DNA of 64,000 nucleotides, taken from positions 116,037 to 180,036 of the forward strand of contig CAYWDM010000002.1 of assembly GCA_964457085.1 (NCBI GenBank), read 5' to 3'. Origin of the DNA: an uncultured Pseudomonadales bacterium. GTDB taxonomy: Bacteria > Patescibacteriota > Microgenomatia > UBA1400 > PJMF01. Both the position numbers and the translations under genes were made by a program. Numbering within the stretch: position 1 is the stretch's first letter; the number at the start of each line of letters is the position of its first letter. Shown here one piece after another: positions 58,588-64,000 of this stretch. The notes under the pieces were generated by a model. That model saw only the letters and a list, made by a program, of their open reading frames with translations. It had not been told where the DNA came from and ran no database searches.

Positions 58588-59214
58588 TTATGAACCGTGT
58601 GCGATCGCTAGTCCATAAACGCTATTTGCACCAGCCGCTTTGAGTGCTCGGGCACAAGCTATAAGTGTGGCCCCGGTGGTGAGTACATCATCAAGCAGAA
58701 TAATGTTTTGGTTGGCACACTCTGGAGTCGCAAGAAATGTGCCGGCTTGGTAATGTTCTAATCTTTCCGCTCGACTCAGTCCAGCTTGGGGAGAGGTTGG
58801 TTGAGCTCGAGTGAGCAGTGACAGATAAGGTATACATATTGATTTGCTGAGATGTTTGGTTATTAATTCTGCTTGATTGAAGCCACGTTGATTGAGTTTG
58901 CTTTTGTGCAGTGGCACCCAGGTAATTATGGAGGCAGTCCAATCGGGAAAGGAAGCAAATGCGAGGTTTGCAAGAATCTCGGCAATTGCAGTCACACCTT
59001 GGTATTTTAAGGCACGAATTAGCGACTTAATTGGTCTGTTGTAAATAAATATAGCTGCTGATTCATCTAGCGCAGGGTCTGTCGGTAAATGCTGTAGCAA
59101 AGGAATACCTGGTTCAATTAATTCTTGGCAATTCTTGCAGAATAACTTGCCAATTCGACCACAATTCACACAGAAAGATGGATAGAACAGTTTAAGGAAA
59201 AATGAGAGATTCAC
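58588..59214 (-). CDS. comF: ComF-family phosphoribosyltransferase (competence protein ComFC-like).
   Basis: N-terminal Cys4 finger (CVNCG...CKNCQ); PRTase motif IILLDDVLTTGATL. Confidence 0.8.
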   Translation of the reverse strand: MNLSFFLKLFYPSFCVNCGRIGKLFCKNCQELIEPGIPLLQHLPTDPALDESAAIFIYNRPIKSLIRALKYQGVTAIAEILANLAFASFPDWTASIITWVPLHKSKLNQRGFNQAELITKHLSKSICIPYLSLLTRAQPTSPQAGLSRAERLEHYQAGTFLATPECANQNIILLDDVLTTGATLIACARALKAAGANSVYGLAIAHGS

Positions 59215-59255
59215 CTGACTAAAATATCAGAGGAAGATTAACCTAGTATGAAATT

Positions 59256-59332
59256 TGGTGGACAATACAGGACTCGAACCTGTGACCTCACGAATGTGAA
59301 TCGTGCGCTCTAACCAGCTGAGCTAATTGTCC
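59256..59332 (-). tRNA. tRNA-Val (anticodon CAC), CCA encoded.
   Basis: Manual fold: acceptor GGACAAU/AUUGUCC, D-arm GCUC-AGCUGGUUA-GAGC, anticodon stem CACGA/UCGUG with loop UUCACAU, T-arm ACAGG-UUCGAGU-CCUGU. Confidence 0.85.
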
Positions 59333-59471
59333 AAACAGATTTACAGCGAACAGAGTCAAGTTCGCTGGTAATAGTCGGTATTATATCGGTGAGCAGCATT
59401 CTTGATAAGAGGGATTCACCAGATGTCGATATCTGACCCATGATACAATTATTCTCGAGAAGGAAAATACT

Positions 59472-59903
59472 ATGACAATCAAACAGACTTTAATGGAAGA
59501 CATGAAAACAGCGATGAGAGCTCATGATTCGGTCAAGCTCAATACTATTCGTATGTTGATTTCTGATGTTAAAAACTTTGAAATCGATAATGGTGAGCAA
59601 GATGACGCTGGTGTGCAGAAAATTGCTGCCAAGTTAATCAAACAATGGCAAGATGCCATGACTGATTTTGTCAAAGCGGCTCGTGAAGACTTAATTGCCG
59701 AAACACAAGCTAAAATTGACATCATGACCGCCTATTTACCTCAGCAGTTGAGTGATGACCAGCTCAAGGCAGTGGTTGATGAAGTGTTGGCAGCGGCTCC
59801 AGTTAAGTCAATGGGCCCAGTAACTGGTATGGTGATGAAACGAGTGGCTGGTCAGGCAGATGGATCTCGAGTTTCAGCAATGGTCAAAGCAGCTTTAAGT
59901 TAA
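59472..59903 (+). CDS. yqeY: GatB/YqeY-domain protein.
   Basis: N-terminal LMEDMKTAMRAHDSVKLNTIRMLISDV is typical of YqeY. Confidence 0.75.
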   Translation: MTIKQTLMEDMKTAMRAHDSVKLNTIRMLISDVKNFEIDNGEQDDAGVQKIAAKLIKQWQDAMTDFVKAAREDLIAETQAKIDIMTAYLPQQLSDDQLKAVVDEVLAAAPVKSMGPVTGMVMKRVAGQADGSRVSAMVKAALS

Positions 59904-59955
59904 CTGTCAGTTTATTGTCGGCAATCAACAGTAGCATTACTTTTAAATACACATT

Positions 59956-60603
59956 GTGAAGACTAAAACATTGGGGGAAATACTCAAAGATGCACGTATC
60001 AGTGCAGGTGTGGGACTCGATGAGCTTGAGTCATTGACTCGTATCAAATTGGTAAGTTTGCAAGCATTAGAGCGAGATGATTTCAGTCAATTACCCTCAG
60101 CAGTTTTCGTTAAAGGATATATCTGCAGCATTGCTCGAGCACTGGATGTAGATTCTAGACCGCTTTTGGCAATACTGCGTCGTGATTTCAAGTCAAGTGC
60201 GAAGGGGCATCTTCAAGCTCGAGAATTTTTGGTACCGATGGCAAACACTCAATTTGCACCAAGACCAATACGTTTTGTGGTTTTAGCCACATTCTGTATG
60301 GGTCTAGTATTGGCGCTATATGTGAGTTGGCAATGGTTTTTGCTCAATCAACCCCCGTCGGTATTATTGGTTAGTCCAACCGAACTGAGTGAAGTGGGGA
60401 GTGAGGTGAGCGTGACTGGTCGAACCAAACCTGAAGTGAGTGTGCTGATAAATGGGCAACCTGCCAACCTTAAGCCAGATGGATTATTTATTGGTGAAGT
60501 GTATTTTCCCAAAGATGGAATTGCCAATATTGTCGTGGAGGTTAAGGATCGCCGTGGTAAAAAAACCACTATTGAGCGACAGGTTTTGGTAAAAAGTAAT
60601 TGA
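59956..60603 (+). CDS. RodZ-like HTH (XRE) membrane protein.
   Basis: N-terminal HTH (LGEILKDARISAGVGLDELESLTRIKLVSLQALE), a single transmembrane helix and a C-terminal domain. GTG start. Confidence 0.65.
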   Translation: MKTKTLGEILKDARISAGVGLDELESLTRIKLVSLQALERDDFSQLPSAVFVKGYICSIARALDVDSRPLLAILRRDFKSSAKGHLQAREFLVPMANTQFAPRPIRFVVLATFCMGLVLALYVSWQWFLLNQPPSVLLVSPTELSEVGSEVSVTGRTKPEVSVLINGQPANLKPDGLFIGEVYFPKDGIANIVVEVKDRRGKKTTIERQVLVKSN

Positions 60604-60619
60604 TGTAGAATAGACTCAT

Positions 60620-60898
60620 ATGCAAGAAGCTCTCCCCATCTTATTCGCGATCGTTTTAATTGTGGTCACCATTGTCCTGTCGGTTGTCGGCGTTCAGTTG
60701 GTGTTGACTCTACTTGAGCTGAAGAGAACTTTGACTCGGGTAAATCAACTGCTTGATCAAGCTGAAGATAAATTTGAAAATGTACTTTCACCACTTCGAA
60801 ATTTGGGCGGTATTGCTAGTGGGTTACAGACTGGTTTTCGAGTTTTTGAGTCATTCATTGGCTGGTTGAATCGAGCTAAAGATGATCGAGATGATTAG
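60620..60898 (+). CDS. Small membrane protein (DUF948-like).
   Basis: N-terminal transmembrane helix then a helical tail. Confidence 0.45.
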   Translation: MQEALPILFAIVLIVVTIVLSVVGVQLVLTLLELKRTLTRVNQLLDQAEDKFENVLSPLRNLGGIASGLQTGFRVFESFIGWLNRAKDDRDD

Positions 60899-60905
60899 TT
60901 AACAG

Positions 60906-61292
60906 TTGAGTACTTTTTTTATGTCGCAAGATACTCCTGCCAACACACCGACTGAACATACAAAATCTGGTGTGTCTACTTTTGTAGGTGGATTTACCGT
61001 TGGAGTGTTGTTTGGTGTGGCTGGATATTATCTGTTCGGTACTAAGCAGGGCAAGGCTGTGAGAAATCTACTTACAGAGGAGTGGCAACTTGCGGAGCGA
61101 TCAGCACATCTTCCAGTTGGTGAAGCTCATGTGAGCAAGCATTGGCAAAGTGCTTTTTCAAGATTAGCCAAGGAATTGGGGTTTAATCGTCGTCGACAGG
61201 CTTCGGTCTCAGGAAAAGTTGTCCGACAATCGGCTTTTATCAAGAAAAACCGTCCACATAAAAAGCCAAGCGGTAAGTTTAGCGGAATTTAA
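60906..61292 (+). CDS. Small membrane-associated protein (YtxH-like).
   Basis: Hydrophobic GGFTVGVLFGVAGYYLFG segment then a basic tail. Confidence 0.4.
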   Translation: MSTFFMSQDTPANTPTEHTKSGVSTFVGGFTVGVLFGVAGYYLFGTKQGKAVRNLLTEEWQLAERSAHLPVGEAHVSKHWQSAFSRLAKELGFNRRRQASVSGKVVRQSAFIKKNRPHKKPSGKFSGI

Positions 61293-61359
61293 TTCGATCG
61301 TAATTTTAAGTTGTAATTTACTCGACTGTTCTCCATAGAACATCGGGTATAATTGCTCC

Positions 61360-63300
61360 ATGTTAACTCCCAATCAACTGCGACAACTGTACTTTGATTT
61401 TTTCGCGGGAAAATTAGCAGCAGCCCAGTCTTCGATTCCTATGGCAGCACATGCGATTGTGCCTTCATCACCGTTAGTTCCAGAAAACGATCCCACAACT
61501 TTGTTTACTGGTTCTGGCATGCAACCAATGATGCCGTATTTGCTCGGAGAAAAGCATCCAAAAGGACAACGAATTTGCGATTCTCAAAAATGTTTTCGTG
61601 CAGAAGACATTGAAGAGGTTGGTGATAACAGACATACCACTTTTTTCGAAATGTTAGGCAACTGGTCTCTGGGAGATTACTTTAAAAAAGAACAACTCAC
61701 ATGGTTTTATTATTTTCTAACTGAGCTAGTTGGACTGAAACCAGAAAAACTATATGTCACTGTGTTTGGCGGAAATGCTGAACTTAAAGTTGACCGCGAT
61801 GATGAGTCAGTGGCAATTTGGCAGGAGATATTTGCTGCCGCTGGCATTGAGGCCAAAGCGATTGAAAATGCTAAAGCAAAAGGTATGCAGGGTGGTCGAA
61901 TTTTCTTCTATGACGAGAAGAAAAACTGGTGGTCACGTGCGGGTGTTCCAGCGAATATGCCAGTTGGTGAGCCGGGTGGTCCAGATAGCGAAATGTTTTA
62001 TGACTTTGGTAGTGAGTTACAGCTGCATGAAAACTCCGAATTTAAAAATGAACCCTGTCATGTAAATTGTGATTGTGGTCGTTTCTTGGAGATCGGCAAC
62101 TCGGTGTTCATGAAATATCACAAAACTGCGACTGGTTTTGAGGAATTAGCACAACAAAATGTCGATTTCGGTGGTGGGTTTGAGCGAATTCTGGCTGCCT
62201 CACAAAATGAGCGTGATGTTTTTAACACCGCTATTTTTGCTCCTTTAATGGCAGTAATCAGTCAAACTAGTGGTCAAGAATATGCTACTTCTTCGCAGAA
62301 AGCTTCATTTCGAGTGATTGCTGACCATGTGCGAGCAGCAGTGATGCTGGTAGCTGATGGAGTTTTCCCCGGAAACAAAGAGCAAGGTTATGTGGTCAGA
62401 AGATTAATTCGTCGAGCGGTTCGTCATGGCAAAATGCTGGGCATTGAGCAAAGTTTTATGGCCAGTTTAGTCAGGCCATTGATCGAGCTATACAAGGAAG
62501 CATATCCAGTATTGGGCGAGCGTAGTGAGATAATTGAACAAGCGTTAACTCAAGAAGAGGCTAAATTTTTGAGAACAATTGCTAAAGGTCTCAAAGAATT
62601 TGATAAAGCACCACCAGTAGTGACGACAGAAGGTGCGACAGACGGCAAACAATATTTGAGTGGCGACTTGTCATTCAAACTCTACGAAACTTTTGGTTTT
62701 CCGCTTGAACTAACAATCGAAGAGGCAAAACTGCGTGGATTTGTAGTTCCTGAGGATATTTCAGCGACTTTTACGGTCGCAAAAACAGCCCATCAAGATA
62801 TTTCGCGAACTGCCACAGCTGGCAAATTCAAAGGTGGTTTGCAAGATCAATCAGTGGTGACCACCAAATATCACACCGCCACACATTTGCTACATGCCGC
62901 GCTACGACAAGTTCTGGGTAAACATGTATCTCAAAAAGGTTCCAACATTACAGTTGAAAGACTTCGGTTTGATTTTTCTCATCCAGATGCATTGACTCCG
63001 ATGCAGCTCAAAGAAATTGAAATACAAATCAATGAGTGGATTGTGGCTGACCTACCCATGACTAAGGCGATGATGGCTAAACAAGCTGCTTTAGATTCTG
63101 GAGCCATGGCTTTCTTTGTGGAGAAGTACCCAGATGAAGTTAGTGTCTACACAATTGGCAAATCAGGAGAGGCTTGGGTTTCTCGAGAACTCTGTGGTGG
63201 TCCTCATGTGGCACACACTGGAGAAATTGGGGCCATTAAAATCGTCAAAGAAAAAGCCATTTCTGCCGGAATTCGCAGAATATACGCTGAGTTGACTTAG
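61360..63300 (+). CDS. alaS: Alanyl-tRNA synthetase, short form lacking the C-Ala domain.
   Basis: The class II catalytic core and the editing-domain HxxxH/CxxxH motifs (HTATHLLHAAL...CGGPHV) are present; the ORF ends at 646 aa. Confidence 0.9.
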   Translation: MLTPNQLRQLYFDFFAGKLAAAQSSIPMAAHAIVPSSPLVPENDPTTLFTGSGMQPMMPYLLGEKHPKGQRICDSQKCFRAEDIEEVGDNRHTTFFEMLGNWSLGDYFKKEQLTWFYYFLTELVGLKPEKLYVTVFGGNAELKVDRDDESVAIWQEIFAAAGIEAKAIENAKAKGMQGGRIFFYDEKKNWWSRAGVPANMPVGEPGGPDSEMFYDFGSELQLHENSEFKNEPCHVNCDCGRFLEIGNSVFMKYHKTATGFEELAQQNVDFGGGFERILAASQNERDVFNTAIFAPLMAVISQTSGQEYATSSQKASFRVIADHVRAAVMLVADGVFPGNKEQGYVVRRLIRRAVRHGKMLGIEQSFMASLVRPLIELYKEAYPVLGERSEIIEQALTQEEAKFLRTIAKGLKEFDKAPPVVTTEGATDGKQYLSGDLSFKLYETFGFPLELTIEEAKLRGFVVPEDISATFTVAKTAHQDISRTATAGKFKGGLQDQSVVTTKYHTATHLLHAALRQVLGKHVSQKGSNITVERLRFDFSHPDALTPMQLKEIEIQINEWIVADLPMTKAMMAKQAALDSGAMAFFVEKYPDEVSVYTIGKSGEAWVSRELCGGPHVAHTGEIGAIKIVKEKAISAGIRRIYAELT

Positions 63301-63551
63301 TTTTACTACTCGATGTAGCTGACCATTTTTACCTTGACATTAGTCCTATAATAATTTATAATTGGACTGTGTGATGTTTTTTGTCAAATTTTGCATTTGA
63401 TTGAAAGACTCACATGAACTTTAACACTGCAATTACTTAATTTGACTCGTGGTAGGCACCCAGACTTTGTGATGAAGCATGAGTGCCTAATCATGAGTCA
63501 CCGTGCGACGGTGAACATGTTAGCAACTACCTTTCTTCTGGAGACAACTGA

Positions 63552-64000
63552 TGATCAACCGTTCGAACATCCTTACAATTACTCTGTCGTTATTGCTTGG
63601 TGCCGTCATTGGTGCTTTTGCAATGAATTATTTCGCACCTGCTCCCAAGCAAGTGTTTGTGAGCACCACATATCAAACCTGCGTTGGCGATATCGCCGCA
63701 AATCAGGCGATGGTGCCACCCTACAAGGGCTTTACTCTTGACCCCGGTGACAATACGGCCGTTTACTATGGCTCAAACTTGTCCAATGGCAAAATGTCCA
63801 TCACTCGGGTTGATTTGGTAACGGGTGAAAACAGTACTCCTTTTGGGGAGGGCTGGATCGAGGTCGAAAAGGTTAAGGTCGATGGCTATACCTTCACGGT
63901 GAATTCCGACCGCATGCTCGTGATCGTTGGTGAGAGTTGGTACAAAAGCATCGGCGTCTGGGATATCCACCAGTTCGGAGAATTTATTGATGGCAATTTC
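63552..64000 (+). CDS. Hypothetical membrane-anchored/secreted protein, 3'-partial (runs off the window).
   Basis: ATG at 63552 followed by transmembrane helix ILTITLSLLLGAVIGAFAM. The frame is open to the window end. Local GC is higher than the rest of the window. Confidence 0.5.

Noticed and set aside
63442-63741. 99-aa ORF in the track (MTRGRHPDF...).
   Set aside because: Its Cys/Trp/His-rich composition looks like junk. It overlaps in another frame the much more plausible transmembrane-helix-containing ORF that starts at 63552 and runs off the window.
1-64000. Alternative genetic code (UGA=Gly, code 25) as in some CPR lineages.
   Set aside because: Long conserved genes (pnp, ftsK, alaS, infB) are uninterrupted with TGA used as an ordinary stop (for example at the B1/C1 junction), so standard code 11 fits.

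Overview
This 64-kb window looks like a gene-dense, reduced bacterial genome of about 40-45% GC using the standard code (TAA, TAG and TGA all close long ORFs). The truncated IF2 (501 aa), the AlaRS without its C-terminal domain, the mini SufD, an LPxTG sortase substrate and a Lon-like ATPase with no protease domain suggest a CPR/Patescibacteria-like organism, for example Saccharibacteria-like; this is inference. The housekeeping backbone is: GT2 plus a large membrane glycosyltransferase, dnaJ-like, nusA-infB, rpsO, pnp, sodA, tandem Nudix genes, a complete SUF operon (sufCBD-sufS-sufU, with a separate SufT-like DUF59 gene), ddl-murF, a second AT-rich GT2/GT-C pair, rpiB-rpe-LOG-pfkB, Lon-like AAA+, a family-4 UDG, RNase J, ftsK, comF, tRNA-Val, yqeY, a RodZ-like gene and alaS. 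The most interesting region is a roughly 16.5-kb accessory insertion between rpsO and pnp, two genes that are normally adjacent and co-transcribed. It holds a 1047-aa orphan protein followed by a three-gene module present in two diverged tandem copies. Each copy has a small divergently transcribed protein A, a giant protein B (1530 and 1356 aa) and a small helical protein C. Both B proteins carry a C-terminal transglutaminase-like Cys/His core, a central charged coiled region and C-terminal hydrophobic segments. A 432-nt tmRNA (ssrA) on the minus strand at 58085..58516 is invisible to the ORF track. It has a tRNA-Ala-like acceptor stem with a G3:U wobble, a T-arm, an in-frame tag ORF ending ...YAVA-UAA, its own promoter and a terminator. 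Other notable points are a PNPase with a roughly 145-aa RGG/RGD-rich C-terminal tail encoded by a near-perfect 126-bp tandem DNA repeat, an AT-rich glycosylation islet at 42.7-45.2 kb, and a GC-rich segment at the extreme 3' end.
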